IMG/VR virus record: IMGVR_UViG_3300042196_000264
Direction: 5' to 3' (one strand)
DNA from: an uncultured virus (IMG/VR IMGVR_UViG_3300042196_000264)
Taxonomy: Duplodnaviria > Heunggongvirae > Uroviricota > Caudoviricetes
DNA: 64,000 bases
The position numbers and the translations under genes were made by a program. Positions within the stretch are counted from its first letter, which is position 1, and the number at the start of each line of letters is the position of its first letter. The notes below the pieces were generated by a model. The model was not told the origin of the DNA. It saw only the letters and a program-made list of their open reading frames with translations, and searched no databases. Shown here one piece after another: positions 48,587 through 57,184 of the stretch.

Positions 48587-48646
48587 AGCCCGGACTTCGT
48601 GTGAACTGCTTCGCCTCCCGGCAGGTAAATCTCGGGAGGCACTTTT
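48500..48646 (+). ncRNA. Putative tracrRNA derived from an omega-RNA scaffold
   Basis: Nested hairpins overlapping the gene end; CTTCGTGTGA at 48595-48604 is complementary to the crRNA repeat; 5' end uncertain. Confidence 0.75.
48613..48646 (+). terminator. Terminator after the putative tracrRNA
   Basis: GCCTCCCG...CGGGAGGC followed by ACTTTT. Confidence 0.7.
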
Positions 48647-49698
48647 CACGCTCGACGCTTGCGTAGGCGCGAGACTTGAGCACCGCTTCCGCGGGAATGC
48701 TTTCCAGATCCCTTCTTGCTCGGAGAACCGTGGATCAGGATCTCCTCCAACTCGTCGACCAACTTGCGAGGGGAACTCGTCCTGGCGTCGTCGTAGCGCT
48801 GCAGCATCGCTACTCCTGCGTGGCGTGTGAGCCTGGAAACGTCGCGGAGGTTTCCGTCCGTCATGTCCAGAGCGGTCGTCGCCCCGGTGTGACGCAACCC
48901 GTGTGGACGGATCCGCTTTCCATGCGAAGCGCTGATCCTGTCGAAGAGCCGCCTGACCGCAGCGATCGTCAACCTCTTCCCGCTGGACCTGTTTCCGAGC
49001 GTGATGAAGAGCGGGCCTTTCTCCTTCCCGCGGATCGCGAGCCATGCACGGATCGCATCCGCCGTCATCGCGCCGATCGGAAACCAAGATTTCTCACGCT
49101 TGCCCTTCCCGCGGAAGCGGATCTGCGGTTCCTTGCCGAGGTCCAGGTCTTCCGGGAAGTCGATGGCGAGCGGCTCCATCCGGCGCAGCAGGCAGGTCGA
49201 GTAGATCCTGACGAGCGCGAGGTCCCGGGTCGCCAGTGGGTCCCCCGCCGTCGCCAGTCTCGCGAGCTCGGCGTCGATTTCCCGGACGGACGTCGCCCCG
49301 GGGCCCGAGGGGTCACGCTTGGCCTCGTGGCGGACGCTGTCCACCTCGAGGGTCCAGGAGCAGAGGCCCAGGAGCCTGGCGACCCGCAGGAACGCATTCA
49401 GGCTGGCCAGCCTGCGGTTCACCGTGGAGCTGGCCAGGCCCGCCTCGCGGGCCTCGTCCCGCCACTCCAGCACGAGGGCGTTGGCCTCGGGTCCGGGGCG
49501 GCTGAGCAGGTCTGCGAGGGCGGACCTGGCGTCCGGGGTGCCCATGAACGCCGCCAGCGAGCGGAAGTCCCGTTCGTACTCGGCCGCCGAGGCCTTGGAG
49601 AGGCTGGCCAGGAGCCGTTCGTAGGCCCCGCTGCTGGGGCGCCTTGCGGCCTGGCGGGGGACTACGGCGGCGACGGGGGGCAGCTTGGCTGGGAGCAC
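48646..49698 (-). CDS. Tyrosine recombinase/integrase
   Basis: STVNRRLASL, RDLAL, LRRME, GKG, HGLRH, TRH, QRYDD; catalytic set intact; likely GTG start at 49698. Confidence 0.92.
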   Translation of the reverse strand: MLPAKLPPVAAVVPRQAARRPSSGAYERLLASLSKASAAEYERDFRSLAAFMGTPDARSALADLLSRPGPEANALVLEWRDEAREAGLASSTVNRRLASLNAFLRVARLLGLCSWTLEVDSVRHEAKRDPSGPGATSVREIDAELARLATAGDPLATRDLALVRIYSTCLLRRMEPLAIDFPEDLDLGKEPQIRFRGKGKREKSWFPIGAMTADAIRAWLAIRGKEKGPLFITLGNRSSGKRLTIAAVRRLFDRISASHGKRIRPHGLRHTGATTALDMTDGNLRDVSRLTRHAGVAMLQRYDDARTSSPRKLVDELEEILIHGSPSKKGSGKHSRGSGAQVSRLRKRRA

Positions 49699-49825
49699 CC
49701 GGAAAGTCCTAGCACACAAAATGGAAGCCTTTGTGACCTAGGAACAGGGGTTTCCACCCCCTCAAACACGCGTAAACAGCGCGCTATCTTAGGATTCCTA
49801 TAAGAGTTATAAGGGGCCGGACATC

Positions 49826-50131
49826 ATGCCCAAACCTCCCCAACGCCCCCAGGCCGCTCCGGCCCCCATGACTCTGGGGCTCGACCTCCCCGGCACATCG
49901 GGGGGGCCGGCAGCCTCTGAGGACAAGCGGAGTCCCGGCGGGGCTGGTGACCCCCTGGCCGGCGCCTACATCCACGCCCACCGGCGGGGCAGCATCGAGA
50001 CCTGGGTCTCGGCCGTCCGCCTGGTGGAACTCGCCCACCCCGCGGCAGCCCTGGTGCTGCAGGCCGAGGGGCTGAGGCGCTACCGGGACGACTTCGAGAA
50101 TGAATTGGCCCTCACGCAGGAGAAACCATGA
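49826..50131 (+). CDS. Hypothetical protein
   Basis: AGGGG RBS; coupled to the next gene. Confidence 0.5.
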   Translation: MPKPPQRPQAAPAPMTLGLDLPGTSGGPAASEDKRSPGGAGDPLAGAYIHAHRRGSIETWVSAVRLVELAHPAAALVLQAEGLRRYRDDFENELALTQEKP

Positions 50132-50490
50132 GCGAACGCAAGAAGCGTGTGCGGAAGCGCGTGCGAAATCGCGTGCGAACGCAAGACAAGCGAAAAGAGC
50201 GAAAACGTCCCGGGTGGATCCAGACGCGAAGGTCCGTTTCCCTTTCGGCATCCGTGTACATGTTGCTCGAGGAGGAAGCGCGGTGTGCAGCGATACCGGT
50301 GGCAGCTCTCCTGGCCAAACTGATATTGGATCACGCATCCGCGAACGGACGAACGCCGATCCCTGCGCAGGAGGCCTCGCGTATCATGCGGGAAGCTGCC
50401 ATGCGACGTCGCAGGGAACGCGAGAAGCGTCGGGCTGAGGCGCTGCAGGATCCGGATCTTCCGGATGGCGGCGGTGTGTTCACGTTCTGA
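50128..50490 (+). CDS. Ribbon-helix-helix-like DNA-binding protein
   Basis: RRSVSLSASVY..LEEEAR...PVAALL..LI pattern; AGGAG RBS. Confidence 0.55.
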   Translation: MSERKKRVRKRVRNRVRTQDKRKERKRPGWIQTRRSVSLSASVYMLLEEEARCAAIPVAALLAKLILDHASANGRTPIPAQEASRIMREAAMRRRREREKRRAEALQDPDLPDGGGVFTF

Positions 50491-50504
50491 GAAGGAGTGA
50501 AACC

Positions 50505-50792
50505 ATGAGACCCAAGCCACGCGGAAGCCATCTCATCAATCTCAGAGAAGAAGAGTTCGATGCGATCCTCGATGGAAGGACCAGATGCATCACAGGCCTC
50601 GATCTCATTCAGGTTGGAGACCTGGTCCAGGTCCGCCGGGTTGGCTCCACTGACAGGGAGACGTTCGTGGCTACATACGTCATGCACGGGCCACGTTACG
50701 GACTCCGTGAAAACTGGTCAGTGGTTTCGCTGGCCAGGGAGATCGAGATCGAGATCGAGAACCATTCCACGTCGTCGGTAACGGGCCCATGA
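50505..50792 (+). CDS. ASCH/DUF3850-like protein
   Basis: EEFDAILDG...QVGDLV...TYV...YGL.ENW.V.SL. Confidence 0.6.
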   Translation: MRPKPRGSHLINLREEEFDAILDGRTRCITGLDLIQVGDLVQVRRVGSTDRETFVATYVMHGPRYGLRENWSVVSLAREIEIEIENHSTSSVTGP

Positions 50793-51043
50793 CCGACGAG
50801 GGCAAGGAGAATCTGACGATGAGCAAGACAGAAAAAAACTCAGAAGATGAGATCGAGAAGACGACCAAGGCCTGCCTTGGCGTGCTCGAGGGGATGCCTG
50901 ACAACGAGTCCAGGACCCGCGTCATGGCCATGGTGGCCATACACTTTGGGGAGTACGACGTCGCCATGGTACTCATCGAGAGCGGGAAGAGGTTTGCGGC
51001 CATGCGCAAGGAACTCTTCGAGATGAGGCCAGGGGATGACTGA
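50789..51043 (+). CDS. Hypothetical protein
   Basis: Coupled ORF. Confidence 0.55.
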   Translation: MTDEGKENLTMSKTEKNSEDEIEKTTKACLGVLEGMPDNESRTRVMAMVAIHFGEYDVAMVLIESGKRFAAMRKELFEMRPGDD

Positions 51044-51386
51044 TGCAGCATTGCCGATATTCATGGTCACGCCCATCGAGAGTTTCGACCTCGATCCGAA
51101 CACCGGATGCTACGTCAGATCTCTTCCAGCCATGTTCGCCGCAAGGTCCCACCGTGAAGCCGCGCTGATGTTCGCGGAGATGCGTTTGTCTGGACGCACT
51201 CCCATGGGCATGTTCGCGGTACGCGAACATGGGGAGAGGGCCTCTGTCGTCAGGATCTCAGATGGGATATCCGAGACGCCCGGGGACGTCAGTGGCGTCG
51301 CGGTGGAGTTTCGGATCGGCAAGGTCCACATTTCACCGTACGTCGCAGTGAACATGTCCGAGCCTGGCGACACAGAGAACGCCTGA
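51036..51386 (+). CDS. Hypothetical protein
   Basis: Coupled ORF. Confidence 0.55.
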   Translation: MTDAALPIFMVTPIESFDLDPNTGCYVRSLPAMFAARSHREAALMFAEMRLSGRTPMGMFAVREHGERASVVRISDGISETPGDVSGVAVEFRIGKVHISPYVAVNMSEPGDTENA

Positions 51387-51396
51387 AGGTACACCC

Positions 51397-51660
51397 ATGG
51401 ACGCACACTTCAAGGAGAAGTTCGCCGCGCTCGAGGAGAGGGTTGCTGCGATTGAAAAAACACTCCGATCCCTCATGAAGGCGAGCCCACGGCTGCGCTT
51501 GCCGGACCTCTTGCGCAAGATGAAGCTCCGGATGAACGCCGCTAAGGCACGCGCTTCCAAGACCGTCGGAGACGGGCCTCACGGGGTCTCATCGAAACAG
51601 GTTCAGCGCCAACTCCAGAAGGAGTATCTGGCCATCACTCAGGAGAAGAAGAAACCATGA
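51397..51660 (+). CDS. Hypothetical protein
   Basis: GAAGGT RBS. Confidence 0.55.
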   Translation: MDAHFKEKFAALEERVAAIEKTLRSLMKASPRLRLPDLLRKMKLRMNAAKARASKTVGDGPHGVSSKQVQRQLQKEYLAITQEKKKP

Positions 51661-52178
51661 CCCAAAGGTTGAAGAATAAGGTCTACCTCGCGGCTCGCTA
51701 CAGCAGACGCGAGGAGCTCTGCGAGCACAGAAGCATCCTGGAGAGTGCCGACTGGTTCGTGACCAGTCGGTGGCTGAACGGGAACCACCAGGTCACCGAC
51801 GACGGTCTGTCCGCAGAAGGTACTCGCGAGCCGAGGACACGGTTCGCTCAGGAAGACTACGAAGACGTGTGCGCGTCAGACATCCTGATCTCGTTCACAG
51901 AACCCCCAAGGTCCACATCGAGCCGAGGTGGACGACACGTGGAATTCGGGCTGGCACTGGGACTTGGGATCCGCTGCATCGTCGTGGGTCCGCGCGAGAA
52001 CGTGTTCCACTGTCTTCCACGGGTGGAGGTGTACGATTCCTTCGGCGACGCGCTCCGACGCATGGAGATCTACTGTTCCGCGGACCCCTTCGAGACGCTT
52101 CGCATGGCGGCCGTTGGACTCGTGAGGGCCGTGGAAGGTCTCCTCGGAGACTCTGGGAAAGACAAGCCCAAGCGGTGA
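51657..52178 (+). CDS. Nucleoside 2-deoxyribosyltransferase-like protein
   Basis: KVYLAARY...VTSRWL...D..DV..SD...RGGRHVEFGLA...VVGPRENVFH. Confidence 0.75.
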   Translation: MTQRLKNKVYLAARYSRREELCEHRSILESADWFVTSRWLNGNHQVTDDGLSAEGTREPRTRFAQEDYEDVCASDILISFTEPPRSTSSRGGRHVEFGLALGLGIRCIVVGPRENVFHCLPRVEVYDSFGDALRRMEIYCSADPFETLRMAAVGLVRAVEGLLGDSGKDKPKR

Positions 52179-52220
52179 GGCTCCCCGTCGCGCGCGCTCA
52201 GAAGGAGAAGAAAGGACTAC

Positions 52221-52661
52221 ATGAACAACCTCACCGCAAAAGAACGTCGAGACGGATGGCCCGAGTGGATCAGACTCCCGTCGCCGAATCACTTCGTCAG
52301 AGGAGTGTGGACCCATGACAGGGAATGCGGGTCCGTCGGATGCCTCGTCGGGAACGTGATGATCTCATTCATGGGCAAGAAAGCCCTCGATTACTCATGG
52401 GGAGGCTGCTGGAACACTCCTATTCCCAGGGCAGCGAAAGAGTTTCTCCGAACGATCTGCCGACTGGAAGGTCACCCTGTTCCGCCTTACGTGGATGAGG
52501 TGTTGCACGCGTCATACCTGTTCGAGGACGTATCAGGTTCCGGTCGGACCGTCCGCGGGATGACCTTCGAACGGGCTACGGAGTTGTTTCGTATGGCCGC
52601 GTCCGAGCACGGCTATGACGTCGACCATGCTGTTCCAATGAAGAAGGATGAGATCATCTGA
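52221..52661 (+). CDS. Hypothetical protein
   Basis: AAGGA RBS; CGSVGCLVG motif. Confidence 0.6.
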   Translation: MNNLTAKERRDGWPEWIRLPSPNHFVRGVWTHDRECGSVGCLVGNVMISFMGKKALDYSWGGCWNTPIPRAAKEFLRTICRLEGHPVPPYVDEVLHASYLFEDVSGSGRTVRGMTFERATELFRMAASEHGYDVDHAVPMKKDEII

Positions 52662-52692
52662 AGGTGGTCGTAACAACCAGGAGAAGAGCGCC

Positions 52693-53037
52693 ATGAAGAA
52701 GCAAGCCAAAAAAACCACCACGCGCAAAGCTGCCAGCCAGAAGTCGGCAGCACCACTCCTCACAGTCGGCAACATCGTGCTGATCCGGACCGCCGTGTAC
52801 CACGCGCTTGGACGTGTCCAAGCCCTGTTCACGGTCGAAGGCGTGGGATTCGTCCAGATCGCGGAGGCAAGCTATATCGGCGACACAGGCCGGTACCACG
52901 AGGCGACGTCGCGGCGTCTGGCGGAGATCGCCAATGCGGAGATCGAGCCAGTCGGTGGCGCCGGACTGATGGATATCCAGGTCGCAGCGATCTGCGACGT
53001 CGCCATCACCGTCGCGACGGAGAAAACGGTAAAATGA
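52693..53037 (+). CDS. Phage hypothetical protein with Sm/SH3-like beta pattern
   Basis: VGNIVLIRT..YH..GRV...ASYIGDTGRY...EIEP; directly precedes the Ser-X mini-genes. Confidence 0.7.
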   Translation: MKKQAKKTTTRKAASQKSAAPLLTVGNIVLIRTAVYHALGRVQALFTVEGVGFVQIAEASYIGDTGRYHEATSRRLAEIANAEIEPVGGAGLMDIQVAAICDVAITVATEKTVK

Positions 53038-54157
53038 GCCCGATCATGCACATGGCACGGACGCGGACGCGGTCGGGGTCGGGGTCACGGACGCGGTCGG
53101 GGCCGGTGTCGCGGTCGCGGTCGCGGTCGGTGTCGCGGTCGGGGTCGCGGTCGGTGCCGCGGTCGGGGTCGTGGTCGTGGTCGCGGTCGCGGTCGTGGTC
53201 GCGGGCGCGGTCGCGGGTGCGGTCGTGGTCGGGGGGGTCGTGGTCGTGGTCGGGGTCGTCAGGAGGTGCCAGATGAGTCCGGTGATCCGCATGGCGTGTT
53301 CGCGAGTGTCGTGGGGAATGGGGTCGGTGTCGCGGTCGCTGTCGCTGTCGGTGTCGCGGTCGCGGTCGCGGGTGCGGTCGTGGTCGGGGTCGGGGTCGGG
53401 GTCGCGGTCGCGGTCGTGGTCGCGGGCGCGGTCGCGGGTGCGGTCGTGGTCGGGGGGGTCGTGGTCGTGGTCGCGGTCGTCAGGAGGTGCCAGATGAGCC
53501 CGGTGATCCGCATGGCGTGTTCGCGAGCGTTGTGGGGACTGGGGTCGCGGTCGGGGTCGTGGTGGTGGTCGCGGTCGCGGTCGCGGTCGCGGATGCGGTC
53601 GGGGTCGGGGTCGGGGTCGCGGTCGTGGTCGCGGTCGTGGTCGCGGATGCGGTCGTGGTCGTGGTCGTGGTCGTGGTCGCGGTCGCGGACGCGTTCGTCA
53701 GGAGGTGCCAGATGAGCCCGGTGATCCGCATGGCGTGTTCGCGAGTGTTGTGGGGACTGGCGTCGGTGTCGCGGTCGGCGTCGCGGTCGCGGTCGCGGTC
53801 GCGGTCGGGGTCGCGGTCGTGGTCGGGGACTCGGACGCGGACGGGGTCGTGGTCGTGCTCGCGGTCGGGGTCGCGGTCGCGGTCGCGGGTGCGGTCGTGG
53901 TCGGGGTCGCGGTCTCGGGCACGTTCGTCAGGAGGTGCCAGATGAGTCCGGTGATCCGCATGGCGTGTTCGCGAGCGTTGTGGGGACTGGGGTCGGGGTC
54001 GGGGTCGCGGTCGGGGTCGCGGTCGGGGTCGGGGTCGCGGTCGCGGTCGCGGTCGGGGTCGGGGTCGCGGTCGCGGTCGCGGTCGTGGATGCGGATGTGG
54101 TCGTGGTCGTGGTCGTGGTCGCGGTCGCGGTCGCGGTCGTCAGGAGGTGCCAGGTGA
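53034..54157 (+). repeat. Five tandem mini-genes encoding (Ser-Arg/Gly/Trp)n peptides
   Basis: ORFs 53034-53276, 53273-53497, 53494-53715, 53712-53945 and 53942-54157; junctions TCAGGAGGTGCCAGATGAG; body is (TCG-NGG)n. Confidence 0.85.
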
Positions 54158-54402
54158 CCGCACCCGACTACCACGTCGGTCTCGAGGGGTGGGCGGTGTT
54201 CGCTGATGACACCGGTTCGGAACTCGTGGGATTTTTTGCCCGCAAGGAAAACGCCGAGTTGTTCGCCGCTGTTACCTTCGATGACGGATGGGTCGTAGCA
54301 CCCGCCGTAGTAACTGAGGGTGGGATCGTGGTGGTAGACGACGATACGGTCGAGACCCACGAGCATGTCTGGGCCTGCGTCCGGGAAAGACGTGCTCCTT
54401 GA
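54154..54402 (+). CDS. Small acidic hypothetical protein
   Basis: GTG start served by the same AGGAGGT junction. Confidence 0.55.
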   Translation: MTAPDYHVGLEGWAVFADDTGSELVGFFARKENAELFAAVTFDDGWVVAPAVVTEGGIVVVDDDTVETHEHVWACVRERRAP

Positions 54403-55231
54403 AGATTTCGCACACGAGGATGGTTACCTGATGAGTGTGATCCTGAAGGCGCTGAACGTTCGGTACTCGCCGCCTGAGTGGTCGACGTACACCGAGGTGG
54501 ACCTGAGGGGCCGGCGAGCGGATTTCGTCGCCGTCAACCTCTGGGAGAGTCGCGGTGGCCATGTCGTCGGCGTGGAGATCAAGGCCTCACGCTCGGACTG
54601 GCTCCGTGAACTTGCGGATCCTTCCAAGATGGACAGGCTGTTCCGGGAGTGCAATCTGGTCTACCTCGCCGTGGATGACCCAAAGATCGTGAAGGATGAC
54701 CTTCCGCCCAGGTGGGGTCTCCTCGTGCTTCAGGGCAGCCGCATGGTCCAGAAGGTGAAGCCTGACACCACCAAGCCCGAGCATACGCCAATCTTTTGGC
54801 GAAGGCTGATCCAGCACGAGCTCAACCACCGTACGGCCATGGTTCACCATGCCGTGAGTCTGGAGAGGGAGAGGATGAGGGCTGCGATCGAGGGCGAGGA
54901 GATCGAGCGCCTGCAAAAGGAAGTCGAACGTCTCAAGGGAGCCGTTGGCGTGCATGCCGAGGCGCGAGACAAGGCCGAAGAGAGGTTCAATGACATGGAG
55001 TCAACCTTGGAGTGGTTGGCTGGGTTGGGGCACTTCGAGAGGGAACGCGCCCGCGCAGCCATGCACGTCCTGAGAAAGAGTTGGTGGTGGTGTCAGGCGT
55101 GGACAGGTGACCGTTTCCAGAAGGACTGCGCAGACGTAGCCGAGAGAGCGGCCGCCGTCGGCAAGGATATCAACAACCTCGCACGGGTGATCCGCGGCGA
55201 GCCAACAGAGACCCCAGAGGAAAGCCCATGA
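54365..55231 (+). CDS. MmcB-like PD-(D/E)xK nuclease with coiled coil
   Basis: RRADFVAV...GVEIKASRSDWLREL.DPSK...LP..WGL. Confidence 0.75.
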   Translation: MSGPASGKDVLLEDFAHEDGYLMSVILKALNVRYSPPEWSTYTEVDLRGRRADFVAVNLWESRGGHVVGVEIKASRSDWLRELADPSKMDRLFRECNLVYLAVDDPKIVKDDLPPRWGLLVLQGSRMVQKVKPDTTKPEHTPIFWRRLIQHELNHRTAMVHHAVSLERERMRAAIEGEEIERLQKEVERLKGAVGVHAEARDKAEERFNDMESTLEWLAGLGHFERERARAAMHVLRKSWWWCQAWTGDRFQKDCADVAERAAAVGKDINNLARVIRGEPTETPEESP

Positions 55232-56382
55232 AGTTCGAGATCAGCAAGTCAGACCTGTCACGCATGCTCTCGGAGGCAAGCTCGGTCGCAGCCAAGAAGA
55301 AGGCCGCGCCTGCGTCCACGATCCTGTCAAACGTGAAGATCGCGTCTGGGGATGGATTCGCACAGGTGTCGAGCACGAACCAGATCATCGCGTACACATC
55401 GCAATGCAACGTCGAGAACACTGGGGAGCAGGAGTCCTACATCGTCGATGCCCACAGCGCAAACAAGCTCGTCAGCCTCCTGCCCGAGAGCAAGCTCGGC
55501 GTCGAGACCAACCCAGCGCGCACGCACCTATGCATCAGGGTCCTGGACGAGAAGCTCGATCCAGTCGAGATCCGTCTCCAGTGTTGGGGTGCCAGGGACT
55601 TTCCCGACTTCCCCGCACAGCATGACGAGCTCGGCTACGAAGTCGATGGCGCCTCGCTCACCAAGCTGATCACATCGACGAAGGCGTCCATGAGCCACAA
55701 CGTGGCGGCCGAGCACATGAACGGGGTGTTCCTGTCCTGCAAGGACGGCACCGCCGTCGCGGCTGCAACGGATGGCGTGCGGCTGCTCAGGTACACCAAG
55801 CCCATCCCCGACCTCGTCATCGACCCCCCTGTTTTCCTTCCAGAAGACGGAGTGAGCGCTGCGGCGCGGTTCATCGACGAGTCCGAGAAGGTAAGGGTGT
55901 ACGTGGGCAATGACCACGTATTTTTCGCAAGAGGTGGCGCCTGCATCGCGATGCGTTACCTGTCAGGCATGTCATTCTCGAAGTACGAGAGGGTGATCCC
56001 GAAGGATCTAGCGTCGTCCATACGCATGAAGACTTCCGCATTCTTGGTGGCAGTTGAGCAGCTGATGACGATGACGTCAGGACGCGACGAGGTCGTAGCC
56101 ATCGAGATCGGGCCGGAGGTTACACGCGACACGGTCATGTTCGAGACCTCCAACCCGGACATCGGCGTGGCCCGGGTACGTATCGGGTACTCGGAACCAC
56201 GTGGTCCAGGTAAGCACCTGCGGATGGGGTGCAACATCAGGTCCATGAGCGAGATGGTGGGGGCGATGGCTGACTGCGAGAGCGTCGAGTTCTCATTTGC
56301 GGGGCCCCTCGACGCCTTCACGATCCGCCCGACGTGCTCGGATGACCTGCTCGCCGTGATGGCGCCGATGCGGCTACAGTAG
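55228..56382 (+). CDS. dnaN: DNA polymerase III beta sliding clamp (divergent)
   Basis: ILSNVKI, DFPDFP, MNGVFL, AATDGVRL, YERVIP, AVMAPMRL; 384 aa. Confidence 0.88.
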   Translation: MKFEISKSDLSRMLSEASSVAAKKKAAPASTILSNVKIASGDGFAQVSSTNQIIAYTSQCNVENTGEQESYIVDAHSANKLVSLLPESKLGVETNPARTHLCIRVLDEKLDPVEIRLQCWGARDFPDFPAQHDELGYEVDGASLTKLITSTKASMSHNVAAEHMNGVFLSCKDGTAVAAATDGVRLLRYTKPIPDLVIDPPVFLPEDGVSAAARFIDESEKVRVYVGNDHVFFARGGACIAMRYLSGMSFSKYERVIPKDLASSIRMKTSAFLVAVEQLMTMTSGRDEVVAIEIGPEVTRDTVMFETSNPDIGVARVRIGYSEPRGPGKHLRMGCNIRSMSEMVGAMADCESVEFSFAGPLDAFTIRPTCSDDLLAVMAPMRLQ

Positions 56383-56387
56383 GGACC

Positions 56388-56711
56388 ATGAAGATCGAGA
56401 GCCCCACGGTCGGTGACGTGGTCAACCGCCTGAGAGCGAGGTTCCCCGGGAAGAGCGTCGAGGAGATCTTCGGACTCATCGAGTTCGAGTACGATGAAGA
56501 CGCGTGGGAGCTCGGTGTAGCATGCGGCTTGCAGTACGCACTGCTCACGATACAGATGGGTATCCACCAGGAACTCGTCGAGGAAGGACTATCAGCGCTC
56601 ATCGCGTCCACCGCCAGTGGCAGGATGAACGAGCATAGGGGGACAATGGAGCTCTGCATGGCGATGGCCGCCAGGTGGAGGGGCCTCCTCAAGACAAGCG
56701 AGTCCGACTGA
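56388..56711 (+). CDS. Hypothetical protein
   Basis: In operon. Confidence 0.55.
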   Translation: MKIESPTVGDVVNRLRARFPGKSVEEIFGLIEFEYDEDAWELGVACGLQYALLTIQMGIHQELVEEGLSALIASTASGRMNEHRGTMELCMAMAARWRGLLKTSESD

Positions 56712-57184
56712 TGACTCGAGCAGAATGGATCGAAGATGGCTACGTCTACTCCACGGACCCGTCACTCGACCTCGCCGAGGCCAAGATGAGGAGCGGTCCT
56801 CCTCAGGCCCACCCGTTCCGACGCCGGGTTCTTTGGCTCATCGCACAGGACGACGTCTTCGCGGAGGCGGAACTATCACCTAGCACCTCGGACATCTACG
56901 GTGTGTACGTGAGGGTTGCGGACCGTAGGGCCTTTGCCTGCGCCATGGTCTTCCGGTCCGGGTTCGCGAGCCTGCTCACGGAGTCCGGACTCCTCATGGA
57001 CAACGCTGTCGTTCAGCACATGCCGGACCGCGAAGCCAACGCGCTTTCGGTGAGCGACGGTCTGGTCCGCTGGTCGGACAGGAACAAGTTCACCCCGGTA
57101 CACAAGCACCTGCGCTTCCAAGTGCGGTTCGTTGACACCCGATCTGCTCCAGAGCACCTACCAGAAAGGACCTCCGATGCCTAG
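56711..57184 (+). CDS. Hypothetical protein
   Basis: TGATG coupling. Confidence 0.55.
   Translation: MTRAEWIEDGYVYSTDPSLDLAEAKMRSGPPQAHPFRRRVLWLIAQDDVFAEAELSPSTSDIYGVYVRVADRRAFACAMVFRSGFASLLTESGLLMDNAVVQHMPDREANALSVSDGLVRWSDRNKFTPVHKHLRFQVRFVDTRSAPEHLPERTSDA

Noticed and set aside
53034..54157. Ser-X array as a CRISPR array or DGR
   Set aside because: Units are ~220-240 bp with low-complexity cores; no reverse transcriptase or adenine-specific variation seen.
53171..54402. Val/Ala-rich frames over the Ser-X repeats
   Set aside because: The RBS and ATG/TGA coupling at each junction support the Ser-X frame; the other frames follow from the hexamer periodicity.
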